Below are positions 1-9,206 of a stretch of 33,192 bases of DNA, piece after piece; within the stretch, counting starts at the first letter, position 1; each line of letters opens with the position of its first letter. The stretch is taken from positions 1 through 33,192 of the IMG/VR virus record IMGVR_UViG_3300010376_000967; one strand, 5' to 3'. The DNA comes from a virus (lineage: Duplodnaviria; Caudoviricetes). The position numbers and the translations under genes are program-made. The notes below the pieces were generated by a model, which saw only the letters and a list, made by a program, of their open reading frames with translations, was not told the DNA's origin and ran no database searches.

Positions 1-1512
1 ATATCGTTCGTAGGTTGTTTCAAGATCATTTATATAAATTCCACCTGGAGGTACAATCCCGGTAGGCATTGGCGTTGTGTCAGTTCCTATGTCCCAGGCC
101 CCAAAGGGAGCTGGAGGAGGTCCTGGGATAAATATTCCAAACGCCGGTTCAATTCCATTACAGCCTACGTAATTGATAATTCCTCCACCAGTCACGGTTC
201 GCTTTCCCATGACAAAGCGAATATGGGCATTACGGTGAACACCGAACGTTATGCTGATTTGCCTTGTATCCGCGATAAAGGCATCATCAGGATCAGCTAG
301 GCTTCCGGGCCAACTATCAGCCGGATGTGGAGCCCCTATGGTAGGATCTACAAAGTCCCAGTGCTTACCATCTGTTCCATAAAGAAATCGCCAAATACGA
401 CGCTTGATATATTCTACCGAACAGTAGTTTCCATCTTGCTTAAAGAAATGCCACGTTATGATACGCCGATAAATGTCATCGCTCGTAAGGAAAACATTCA
501 TAGGGCCATACAGCCCGATCATATTATATCCGAAATTAGCTTCTACTGCCGCATTAACAGTTTGGATATAGATCTTCTGCCTATCATCCCATAGGATTTT
601 ATCACCATGATTAATCAGTTCCCCGCCTATACCGGGTAGAGATGCAGGGGCCGTCTCCGGTACCAATGGATTAACCGTGACAGCATTCCAATAAAAACCT
701 TGGAATGGATCAATGACATTGGGATCAAGATTAGGATCATTAGCTGCAACCTGCCAATTTCCTTGGTTGAAGGTAAGCTGTGGGAAATCCCACATTGGCA
801 CGAGCCAGTTACATCCATAAGTATTCAATGGCCCCATCAGACCCATTCGCCCAGAACCAAGAGTAGGGCGAGCTATTCCGTATACTCCACGCGCAACCCA
901 ATCCAATAGTTTTCCAGCTACGGGATAATTAGTATAGATAGGGAGATTCAGTCCATTAAAAGTATCAACATAATTCTGTTGCATTTGATTTTGGGCTTCA
1001 ACAAAGCCCTGAAGATCATCGTCATCAGTATACTGTTGATAAAGGTAAGATGGAATAACAGTGACAAGACCGGTTACATGTCCTGGAGGATATGGCTGTG
1101 TCCCAGGTTCAGCAACTACGCTTGGGACATCAGAGGCTGGATCACCAGGAACGGGAAGAGCTGGAGGAACTTTATAGGATGTAGAAAAGAAGGCTGTGAA
1201 CTTATGTCTGGCATAAGATGAACACACCCAGACATTTGATTTAGGTGGAACAAGGAACCATTGCCCAGGCTGAAGCTCTATTGTTCCAGGTACAGTAAGA
1301 TCAGATAGAGGCGGAGAAACAAGGTTGATATATAAGACTTGAGGGGTTGGAGCAATAGCTCCTTGATCTATAGCTCCCAGGGGGTTAATGACAACGCCAC
1401 CCCGTTCACTTAAATCAACATCAGCAACAAGAACAGCAAGATCAGCTTCATCTGTCTCGGTAGCAAGCCCCCGACGGAGCATCCATAGTTGTGGTGCAGG
1501 AGCTACAGCCAT
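1..1512 (-). CDS. Baseplate wedge / tail-fiber attachment protein (DUF2612-like position), 3' end truncated by window
   Basis: Not in the ORF track. Manual translation from ATG at 1512 (TGATG overlap with the baseplate J stop) stays open to base 1 (504 codons): MAVAPAPQLW...VIPSYLYQQYTDDDDLQGFVEAQN...LLDWVARGVYG...DDIYRRIITWHFFKQDG...YIKRRIWRFLYG. It lies directly after baseplate J. Confidence 0.75.
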   Translation of the reverse strand, partial: MAVAPAPQLWMLRRGLATETDEADLAVLVADVDLSERGGVVINPLGAIDQGAIAPTPQVLYINLVSPPLSDLTVPGTIELQPGQWFLVPPKSNVWVCSSYARHKFTAFFSTSYKVPPALPVPGDPASDVPSVVAEPGTQPYPPGHVTGLVTVIPSYLYQQYTDDDDLQGFVEAQNQMQQNYVDTFNGLNLPIYTNYPVAGKLLDWVARGVYGIARPTLGSGRMGLMGPLNTYGCNWLVPMWDFPQLTFNQGNWQVAANDPNLDPNVIDPFQGFYWNAVTVNPLVPETAPASLPGIGGELINHGDKILWDDRQKIYIQTVNAAVEANFGYNMIGLYGPMNVFLTSDDIYRRIITWHFFKQDGNYCSVEYIKRRIWRFLYGTDGKHWDFVDPTIGAPHPADSWPGSLADPDDAFIADTRQISITFGVHRNAHIRFVMGKRTVTGGGIINYVGCNGIEPAFGIFIPGPPPAPFGAWDIGTDTTPMPTGIVPPGGIYINDLETTYERY

Positions 1513-3008
1513 CACACATTACCCTTCAGCACCTGGACCTTACCATTTTCAGTATAGAAGTAACTATAGGGATCACCAAAGATAACCTGAGTACCGAGCT
1601 GCGGAGATACTCCTATTTCATTAATAAAGATTTCCCATACTATATCAATAACATACTCACCAACAAGGATCGATTGTATGGCATCAAGAAATACTTTATT
1701 CATCACATTTAAGTTTATCGGAGTAGTCCCTGCCGGTAAGGAGTTGATATAGTCTACGATTTCTGGAATTGCAGCTTGGGCAATCGCATCTGGTGACACA
1801 TAGTTTGGAGAATCTGTCCGCCATGTTAGGACTATAGAAACCCGTTCCTGTGGAGGAATAACATATGGGATCAAATATGTATCAGGGAAATCTGCTACTG
1901 TAATAAATGCATTGATTGGATTTGGAGATAGGGTACCTCCATACATATATGGTCCCCAATTATCTCCAATTATAGGTCGATCAAAAACAGGAGGAGCAGG
2001 AACTTTAGTTGTATCAAAATGAGGTTCATATGCATCAAACTGTTTATCCTTATTAGGATTACTGTCTTCTAATCTTTTCACCATAATTTGTTGACCATTT
2101 ATCAAGGACATTCCAACAACACCAAGAATCTGTGCAACATCACCATCCACAAAATTATGGTTATTCATCGTGGCAATTCGTATCGGAGTTGTATTAGTCA
2201 TATTATCAACTCTAATCACAGCCCCGGCAAGACCAGGAACATAAAAATCTGCTTGCCAAATCGCATAAGCAACCTGATAAGGATCACCTCCACCTACAAT
2301 CACAACATGCTGATCGCCGTCTGTTTGAACAGCAATCAATCGCATTTGAACTCCAGGAACATTCCCGCACAAAGTCTTAAGATAACGACCCATACCGGTA
2401 GATGCTGCCAATCCAGCCGTAAAGCAACGTTCACGGAAGATGCTTATAGGCTCACCAGACTGCGAAGGAATACCAGATACCGGATTAGAAACAGTCAGAG
2501 GAATATCAGCAGGAACAGAAGTTAGCATCTGAACAACAGTACCAGGAAGAACTTCCCATGCACCTGTCACCGTTGCCAAGGCATACACTGGAAGTGTATT
2601 CCCATCTAGTCCACAGATTCCACCACTCTGACAAACATACTGATAAGTTCCGTCTGAAACGACAAATCCTTGAGCAATGACATAACCAGGAGGACCAGTG
2701 AATACGACATAAACTGCTGTATTCGTAATGGGTTGGTGATCTACCCCATATAGTATCCCGAGTTGATTAAGCAGAAAGGCATTAGCTCCAAACGGTGTTA
2801 CCGAATTAACCAGATCTACAAGGAAACTGTCGCTTTCTATAAGAGCATACGTATCTGTACTTGAAATATCCTCGATTAGCGAACCCGGTAGATTGGCGGT
2901 ATAGTCAGGCACAATCGCCGAAACAAGCGAGATCAACTGAGCCCGCAAGTCTGCCGGAGCTGCCGGTTGCAACCCTTGATCTGTCATAATAAGTGGAAGG
3001 AGAGCCAT
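1512..3008 (-). CDS. Baseplate J-like wedge protein with an inserted accessory domain
   Basis: 498 aa. N-terminus has PGSLIEDI...LNQLGILYG...VVFTGPPGYVIAQG...YQY and SGEPISIFRER, typical of gpJ/gp47-like proteins; position in baseplate cluster. Confidence 0.8.
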   Translation of the reverse strand: MALLPLIMTDQGLQPAAPADLRAQLISLVSAIVPDYTANLPGSLIEDISSTDTYALIESDSFLVDLVNSVTPFGANAFLLNQLGILYGVDHQPITNTAVYVVFTGPPGYVIAQGFVVSDGTYQYVCQSGGICGLDGNTLPVYALATVTGAWEVLPGTVVQMLTSVPADIPLTVSNPVSGIPSQSGEPISIFRERCFTAGLAASTGMGRYLKTLCGNVPGVQMRLIAVQTDGDQHVVIVGGGDPYQVAYAIWQADFYVPGLAGAVIRVDNMTNTTPIRIATMNNHNFVDGDVAQILGVVGMSLINGQQIMVKRLEDSNPNKDKQFDAYEPHFDTTKVPAPPVFDRPIIGDNWGPYMYGGTLSPNPINAFITVADFPDTYLIPYVIPPQERVSIVLTWRTDSPNYVSPDAIAQAAIPEIVDYINSLPAGTTPINLNVMNKVFLDAIQSILVGEYVIDIVWEIFINEIGVSPQLGTQVIFGDPYSYFYTENGKVQVLKGNV

Positions 3009-3424
3009 TAGATAGGTTGCTCCGTAGGATAACCGGGTTTTACCTGTACACCGATGCGTGAACCATAGTTTGTAAGAACATTGATATAGTACCTGGGAGC
3101 AGGACCCCCTTCCTGTCCCGTAGCGAAACTATCTCGTGACCCTTGTTTAACAGGTAAGATCGACAAGATGCATGATGCAAAGTGAGGAGCAAATTGTTGT
3201 TGGATACGAGTTAAAAAGAAATCAGGGTATATCTGAGTCATAATAGACGGGTGCGCCGGAATGCCCCAATTAGCGAAAAATGGGCTTTCACCCAAATTCA
3301 ATTTTACCACCTGAGCCAAGTCTGTTAAATAGACTGAATCATTGAATCCATTGATATCAGTAACAACGACCCACCACTTCTTCCTACCGGAGAGTACGTC
3401 TTGGGTTCTGCCATAGGTTCGCAT
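3008..3424 (-). CDS. Baseplate wedge / sheath-initiator protein (gp25/gp46-like position)
   Basis: 138 aa, LKLNLGESPFFANWGIP-type motif (VKLNLGESPFFANWGIP); lies between spike and J; stop/start overlap with J. Confidence 0.6.
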   Translation of the reverse strand: MRTYGRTQDVLSGRKKWWVVVTDINGFNDSVYLTDLAQVVKLNLGESPFFANWGIPAHPSIMTQIYPDFFLTRIQQQFAPHFASCILSILPVKQGSRDSFATGQEGGPAPRYYINVLTNYGSRIGVQVKPGYPTEQPI

Positions 3425-3450
3425 GTTAATGCCATTACCCTATTCAGCGG

Positions 3451-4674
3451 TTAAATTTTTGCATAGACATTCTTACTAGGACCGCATATAGTTTGAACAA
3501 GGCAGAACTTATCCTTCTTAGGATCACCACCCAGGTAGACTTTTCCACCTCCACCACCTCCACCACCACCTCCGCCTCCACCATTGGCCATAGGAGTCAC
3601 AGTGGGTCCTTTAGTTCCTAACTTTACTTTGGGTTTCGGTCTACTTCTTGCATAAGTCTGTAATCTTTCATTTTCTCTTGCTACTTGCATAGCTATCATT
3701 TCTTGTATTTCCACGGACATTCCACCTATTCCACCGCCTCCGCCGCCTCCGCCGCCTCCTCCACCAGCCCCACCACTTCCTCCACTCTGTTGATCTTCAT
3801 CCCAACCAGCCCCGCTCTCTTCACCTTGAGCACCAGGATCAACAATACACATGCCACCTGAGTTGAGATAAGCATTCTTTTTCCCAAAGATAGTGCTATC
3901 ACCTTCTCCCGTTAGCATGACCTTTTTATCTTTCTGAGATACTTTAAGGTAATGCTTACGATCTTTACTTTGAGAGATTATTTGCCCATCTTTATCGAAA
4001 CTAAATTCAGTATAGTCCTTCTGCTTTTGTTGTTGTTGTTTCTGCTGACTGCTGCTACCTCCATTAGACTGGGAAGATCCATTGGCAGCATATGGACTTG
4101 CACCTTGAGAAAAAAGCATATAGTTCCTCTGGCGCATCACAGCCATTGCAGCAGCAGCAGAAGAACCTGAACCTCCATTGCCACCACCAGAACCACCCTG
4201 TCCTTGTTGTCCCTGTTGTTTCTTTTTCTCTTGATCCTCCATAACCTTACATCGCCAACCATTGGGACCGCCTGTTTCCCAATGTTGGTCATAATCACGC
4301 TTAGGAGCATTCAAGTTACCAAGAGGCTGAAATGAGAGTGTGGAAAGATTCCCACGCGGATAGAAATTAGCTTGACCTCCAGCAAATGCCGTATTCCCAC
4401 CCAGATAATAATCGCCAGGAACAGCTACAGCCTTATCACCTACCTGAGTAGGCTCACGGCCAAACCTTGAAAATGACTGAGTCATTTTCATAACCGGTGG
4501 CGTGAATATACTATTCTTCGTATCAAATGCTACATGGACAAAGTCCTTTTCAATCTTAGTAACGTGAGCAGGAATAGACTTAGCTTCCTGTTCACGTCCC
4601 TGATTTACCCTTCTACCGGCCCAATTATTCATTTGACCAGTGAAAGGATTTTTATGTGAGTCATATCGTCCCAT
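3451..4674 (-). CDS. Baseplate central spike-like protein with Gln/Gly low-complexity inserts
   Basis: 407 aa. OB-fold-like N-terminus (SIPAHVTKIEKDFVHVAF...PTQVGDKAVAVPGDYYLGG...GNLSTLSFQP); position upstream of the wedge genes. Confidence 0.6.
   Translation of the reverse strand: MGRYDSHKNPFTGQMNNWAGRRVNQGREQEAKSIPAHVTKIEKDFVHVAFDTKNSIFTPPVMKMTQSFSRFGREPTQVGDKAVAVPGDYYLGGNTAFAGGQANFYPRGNLSTLSFQPLGNLNAPKRDYDQHWETGGPNGWRCKVMEDQEKKKQQGQQGQGGSGGGNGGSGSSAAAAMAVMRQRNYMLFSQGASPYAANGSSQSNGGSSSQQKQQQQKQKDYTEFSFDKDGQIISQSKDRKHYLKVSQKDKKVMLTGEGDSTIFGKKNAYLNSGGMCIVDPGAQGEESGAGWDEDQQSGGSGGAGGGGGGGGGGGGIGGMSVEIQEMIAMQVARENERLQTYARSRPKPKVKLGTKGPTVTPMANGGGGGGGGGGGGGKVYLGGDPKKDKFCLVQTICGPSKNVYAKI
3544..3785 (-). 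repeat. GGN-codon runs encoding two poly-glycine tracts in the spike gene
   Basis: ccacctccaccacc / ccgcctccgccgcctccg runs at about 3544-3582 and 3721-3785. Confidence 0.85.
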
Positions 4675-4682
4675 ATTACACC

Positions 4683-5201
4683 TTACGGGTTGATTTCGAA
4701 GGCACCATTTCGATAAACCATAGTGGATCTTGTAAATACAGATTGTATCATATTTAATAGCCGACTAACATGTCCTACAACGACCAACGGTCCCGGATCT
4801 CTGGGCATAGGAAGAGTAAATCTTAAAGGCTGTATATGAAGACACCTATATCTTCCATTATACGTGTTAGGTTGGAATCCATCTAAAGTATAATGTATGA
4901 TAGTCCCTGGTTTAGTAGCGATATCGGCATAAGGAGTAGTCCAACCCCCATACGGAGCCATATCTACAGTCACGATACCTATAAAAGGATCATAGGATGC
5001 GTATAAAACACTACGAGCAGGGGGCGAAGAAATAAGCGGAATAGTTATGACCCATGTTCCATCTGCTGCATAGACATTGATATAAAACCGCTGTGCAGCT
5101 ACATTCCAAGTCACCCTAATAGTATGATCTTCTCCATCTAACCTTGCACTAAACTCAGGAGTAGTAACATTTGAAGGAAGGAATGGGATTATAGTAGTCA
5201 T
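4683..5201 (-). CDS. Baseplate plug-like small protein with an inserted domain
   Basis: Likely start is ATG 5201 (MTTIIPF; TAATG overlap with the upstream stop), not 5258. Motif FSARLDGEDHTIRVTWNVAAQRFYINVY; C-terminus MVYRNGAFEINP. Confidence 0.6.
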   Translation of the reverse strand: MTTIIPFLPSNVTTPEFSARLDGEDHTIRVTWNVAAQRFYINVYAADGTWVITIPLISSPPARSVLYASYDPFIGIVTVDMAPYGGWTTPYADIATKPGTIIHYTLDGFQPNTYNGRYRCLHIQPLRFTLPMPRDPGPLVVVGHVSRLLNMIQSVFTRSTMVYRNGAFEINP

Positions 5202-5998
5202 TATGAAATACCCGCATATGGGAATCCTGCTACTGCTGCGGAAGGCGGAAAATTCCAAACATCTTGACTTGAAATAGCTCTGATAGGTGAAAGATTCGCC
5301 CCTAAAAGTGCAGATGGAATTGTCTTAATAGTCAGAGCTAAGTTAGAATTTCCACCCGGTACTCCAGGTTGAACTCCACTGAGACCTCCGTCTGTTTGTA
5401 AACCATTGGCTATCTTCTGCATTTGTTGATTAAACATCAATTCTAACTCAGCCAATGCCACAAGAGGTTTCTCAAAATCAAACCGCCAAGCATTTTGTGG
5501 AAGGGAATTATTACCACGAGAATTATCTGTTAGTGATGTCATAATCAAATTTTCATACATATATGCTGGAGTTGCAACAGAGTAAGTCCCACCTCTATTA
5601 TTATGCTGATCTAAGGTTCCCTTCAATGCTGTCATTACAGATTGCTTTATCGCCCATACATCTGCAAATGGCTCATTAGAAGGAGGACGCATAGGAGCAT
5701 CCATAATGACAGATATAGTCAAAGGCTCACGAATAACAGCATTCGCTGCTACAGCCTGATTTGCAAATGGATATTTCCCTATTGTTTGGGAAACCAATGT
5801 TCCACCCGGCAAGACGTTGAATGCACCAAACGCATTATCTAAATCACCAATATCAAAAGGCAAACCTAGAGCATTAACCTCTAATCCTTGAGCAAAGAGA
5901 CTAAGCATCGGCAACATGCCACCAGGAATTTGACTAGCAACTCCGCCAGTCAAAATAATGGGGCAGACTTGATACTTGAGCTGTTGCTCAATAGGCAT
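5201..5998 (-). CDS. Tail tube initiator / Dit-like baseplate protein
   Basis: 265 aa, YPFANQAVAANAVIREPL...VATPAYMYENLIMTSL...WRFDFEKPL; directly follows a tape-measure-like gene. Confidence 0.55.
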   Translation of the reverse strand: MPIEQQLKYQVCPIILTGGVASQIPGGMLPMLSLFAQGLEVNALGLPFDIGDLDNAFGAFNVLPGGTLVSQTIGKYPFANQAVAANAVIREPLTISVIMDAPMRPPSNEPFADVWAIKQSVMTALKGTLDQHNNRGGTYSVATPAYMYENLIMTSLTDNSRGNNSLPQNAWRFDFEKPLVALAELELMFNQQMQKIANGLQTDGGLSGVQPGVPGGNSNLALTIKTIPSALLGANLSPIRAISSQDVWNFPPSAAVAGFPYAGIS

Positions 5999-7767
5999 TA
6001 TCCAGCCATCCCTGCTGTGTTCATATAGACATTGGAACCTGGGACATTACGAACTACTAGGTTAGATGTCCTATTCATCTGCCAGTTATCAACATCTAAC
6101 GGGCCTTGGAGCATTGATAATCCACGCCTATTATCTACATTCATGGCTGTAGAAACAGATGTAGTGCCTCTAAATGCGGCCATTTCAGTTCCAGGAACTC
6201 TGCCGCGCGCTGCCCCTCCAAACATTGCAATTCTATTACCACCGCGAATAGAAGCAAACATCCCACTGCGCCGACCACCTCTTATTGAAAGATCACCACC
6301 AGCACTGCCTCCAAACATGGCCATATTCGTTTGCCCTGCTCCTCCTCCAAAGAAGGTATTTCCCACTGCATTTCCACCAAATCCGGCAAATTGGTTGCCT
6401 CCTGCAAGGAAATTCCCTGGGAAATTTAAATCTCCTCTTGTACTATTAGGAGCAACAGGAGCTTGATTACCACTATCAGCCGGAGGAGCATTAGTTGCTG
6501 GAGGAGAGGTAGATGCAGGAGGAGTTGCAGCAGGAGGAGCAGCATTTGGTTGCTGTGAAGGAGTTCCAAACGGTATCCGCCATGTATCAGGAGCTCCCGG
6601 TTGTGGTGGTCTAGGTGGTTTACCCTGATCACCACCAAATAGAGGTTCAAACCCACCTCCAGGACCTATACCAAAGAGATTAGCTAAAAAAGGAACCATC
6701 TTTTTTAGAATTTCCCAAAAAACTCCCATTGCCTCAACTAATCCCTTAAGGATAGGAATTAATTCCTGAACAGTTTTATCGACCTTTTCTATTGCCTCCT
6801 TAACCTTCTTGGGATCTTTCATCCAGTCGGACAACTTATTCAATTGCTTCGTTATCCAGTTCAAAATCTTAGCAACCGTCCCAGAATCTAGCAATGCTTT
6901 AATCAGTTCTACTACCGATTTGCTAAGTTCTTCAAGATGCGGAGTGAGGTTTTTGAGTCTTTCACCAAATGCGTTCTGTATATTAACTTTTGCTGTTTCA
7001 AATGTTATCGCTAGATCAGACCAAGCTTTTTGAGCTCTTTCACTAAGCTTGGGCGCATCCTGCATCCTCTTTATTTCAGCTTCTAAATCCTTTTTACTCA
7101 TTCTAGCTAAGCGAATTATATCTTCATCAGAAATTGCTAATCCACCTCTAAAAGCTCTACCAACTTGAATCGCAGTAAATGGATCTTTTCCAGCAACCTG
7201 CCGATGCATATTTCTCAAAACCGTCGGCAATACTTGAGTAGGATCTTTAGCTCCCCCCGGTCCTATTCTTACTCCCAATGCTGCTAGTCCAGCCATTTCA
7301 TCCGGACTACCGTATAGTCCTTTAGAAATGCTCTGCAATAACCCGGTAGGATTTTCTAGAATTGTTTGACCGGCAACTTGAACTCCTTGCATTCGCCCAT
7401 AGTCAGCTCCCATACCCAACGCTTGTCTTCTTTTTTGCATGATAGATTGGGCAAGTCTATCAAGACCAAATAGTCCAGCTCCTGTTGCCAACATCGAAGC
7501 AAGAGTACCAACAGCCATAACGCCTTTGACAAGAAGATTGACTACGTCTTTTACAGCGCCTCCCCACGCCTTCGTAGCCTGAGTCAGTGAGTGTATTGTC
7601 TGTTGAAGAACTGTGGTATTTGTTTGAGCCTTCTGTATCGTGGTATTGATATTCTTGAACTGTTGGTTCAAATTTCCAATCTGCGCCGAAAAGGCGTTGA
7701 ACCTTTGGACAAACTGTTTGAAATCAGTATCGTCTACTTTTACAGTGAGATTGACTGTCTTTGCCAT
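5998..7767 (-). CDS. Tape-measure-like protein 2
   Basis: 589 aa. About 365 aa of helical/coiled-coil sequence with a hydrophobic stretch, then a Pro-rich linker and a Gly/Phe-rich tail ending LVVRNVPGSNV; visibly similar to the N-terminus of 9203..14410. Confidence 0.7.
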   Translation of the reverse strand: MAKTVNLTVKVDDTDFKQFVQRFNAFSAQIGNLNQQFKNINTTIQKAQTNTTVLQQTIHSLTQATKAWGGAVKDVVNLLVKGVMAVGTLASMLATGAGLFGLDRLAQSIMQKRRQALGMGADYGRMQGVQVAGQTILENPTGLLQSISKGLYGSPDEMAGLAALGVRIGPGGAKDPTQVLPTVLRNMHRQVAGKDPFTAIQVGRAFRGGLAISDEDIIRLARMSKKDLEAEIKRMQDAPKLSERAQKAWSDLAITFETAKVNIQNAFGERLKNLTPHLEELSKSVVELIKALLDSGTVAKILNWITKQLNKLSDWMKDPKKVKEAIEKVDKTVQELIPILKGLVEAMGVFWEILKKMVPFLANLFGIGPGGGFEPLFGGDQGKPPRPPQPGAPDTWRIPFGTPSQQPNAAPPAATPPASTSPPATNAPPADSGNQAPVAPNSTRGDLNFPGNFLAGGNQFAGFGGNAVGNTFFGGGAGQTNMAMFGGSAGGDLSIRGGRRSGMFASIRGGNRIAMFGGAARGRVPGTEMAAFRGTTSVSTAMNVDNRRGLSMLQGPLDVDNWQMNRTSNLVVRNVPGSNVYMNTAGMAG

Positions 7768-7772
7768 ATCTC

Positions 7773-9206
7773 TTAATCCTGGACAGGCATTTCAGTTACA
7801 GGAGGCGATTCAGGAGTTATCTGACTAGCTGGATCTTGCTTTTGACTTGATTGGTCAACATTATCAGAAGCTTCTTTTTGTTCTGTGTTACCACTACCAC
7901 CCCAGACAACATCATAAGTAGAACTCCAACCAACACCATCTGGATTACGAAAATCACCAATATGAACAGCCTTAACCACTTGTCCTCCTCCCGATAACGT
8001 AAGATTAGTTCTTTGCTGAGATGTAGTACCTCCAATTATAGCTTCAGGGGTAAGTGTGGCTAATATCCCTGGAGGGAGTGTAACCCAATTCGGAGGATGT
8101 ATATCACCTCGCATTATACATTTGATTTGTATCTTTTGAAGAGAAAGCCAAGTTGGTTGCCCGATAAGATCCAAAAAATCTATATTAACAGTGCGATCCG
8201 TTTGGGTTCCATCCCAGACATTTATCGTATTATCATGAGAAGTCATATTAACGCCTTGATAACCCTTTGTTCCAAGAATAGAATGACTGAGGTTTTTGAT
8301 ATAATTCGCGTACTGCGGCATATTCTGATACATTCCAGCATCCTGATAAGGAAGCTTCAAAGCACCAGAAATCAACATATTAACATTTCCCCTAGGGAAA
8401 GCCTTGGACAATGTTTGTTGAACAGCTGATCTTAAAGACATATTTGGCATCATATTATGAATAAGATTAAGAGGAGCAGATAATCCATCCACGCCACCTC
8501 CAAACAATGAATTTGCAAATCCACCTCCAAAACTGGTTGCAGCACCGAGAGATCCTATACCAAGTCCTCCACCACCCAGACCAGTCGGTGTAACCACGGC
8601 CCTTTCTGATCCAAAGGGTATTATCGCCCCACGAGGATATGGCCTACGATCAATAGAACGAAACCCTACCCCACGAGTTCGTATCACACTTTGCTGTGTG
8701 GGCTGATCTCCACCCCCACCTCCATTTCCACCACCCCCATTTCCACCACCCCCATTTCCACCACCCCCACCCCCACCTCCACCATCCCCTTCATCTGACA
8801 AACCGGCAGGAAGAAACGCCATTCCAATGGACATATCAGTCCCAATCCAGTTACCCCAAGCCTTCCAAATCCGACCACTCATTAATAGACCAGCATGTTG
8901 AGCTTGATGAGTTGCAAGCGGTAATCCTGGTTTTAATCCTCCATAAACTACGATAGACTTCCCCATTAATTTATCAGTATGTCTGATCTGTTCCCAGCTT
9001 ACCCCATGAACAGTTATTACCGAATTATCAGTATCTGCCGTATGAGCAGCAGTTTCAGTTATTTGTATTTCAACCTGCTGTGCTCCAGGATCAGCAATAC
9101 CATTCCTATGAGAACCCCAAACTGCTCCAAGCCCAGAAGGAGAATCATATCTTGGCGGGAATACTCCTCCTGGTGCATCTGGTATAAGTATCGAATAAAA
9201 TCTCAT
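7773..9206 (-). CDS. Baseplate hub protein
   Basis: 477 aa, MRFYSILI...DPGA...GLPLA...AWGNWIGTD...DLIGQPTW...HIGDFRNPDG; contains a Gly-rich insert; ATGA overlap with the upstream gene. Confidence 0.65.
   Translation of the reverse strand: MRFYSILIPDAPGGVFPPRYDSPSGLGAVWGSHRNGIADPGAQQVEIQITETAAHTADTDNSVITVHGVSWEQIRHTDKLMGKSIVVYGGLKPGLPLATHQAQHAGLLMSGRIWKAWGNWIGTDMSIGMAFLPAGLSDEGDGGGGGGGGGNGGGGNGGGGNGGGGGDQPTQQSVIRTRGVGFRSIDRRPYPRGAIIPFGSERAVVTPTGLGGGGLGIGSLGAATSFGGGFANSLFGGGVDGLSAPLNLIHNMMPNMSLRSAVQQTLSKAFPRGNVNMLISGALKLPYQDAGMYQNMPQYANYIKNLSHSILGTKGYQGVNMTSHDNTINVWDGTQTDRTVNIDFLDLIGQPTWLSLQKIQIKCIMRGDIHPPNWVTLPPGILATLTPEAIIGGTTSQQRTNLTLSGGGQVVKAVHIGDFRNPDGVGWSSTYDVVWGGSGNTEQKEASDNVDQSSQKQDPASQITPESPPVTEMPVQD
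8710..8785 (-). repeat. 15-nt tandem repeat encoding (NGGGG)n / poly-Gly in the hub gene
   Basis: About three copies of catttccaccacccc plus flanking ccacc runs. Confidence 0.9.

Noticed and set aside
325-1712. Short ORFs in the track (325..594, 627..818, 700..909, 979..1221, 1388..1585, 1491..1712)
   Set aside because: They are shadows of the long minus-strand frames 1..1512 and 1512..3008, which have recognisable phage baseplate motifs.
8696-8956. His/Pro repeat ORF (HHPHF)n on the plus strand
   Set aside because: It is the reverse complement of the NGGGG repeat in the hub gene.
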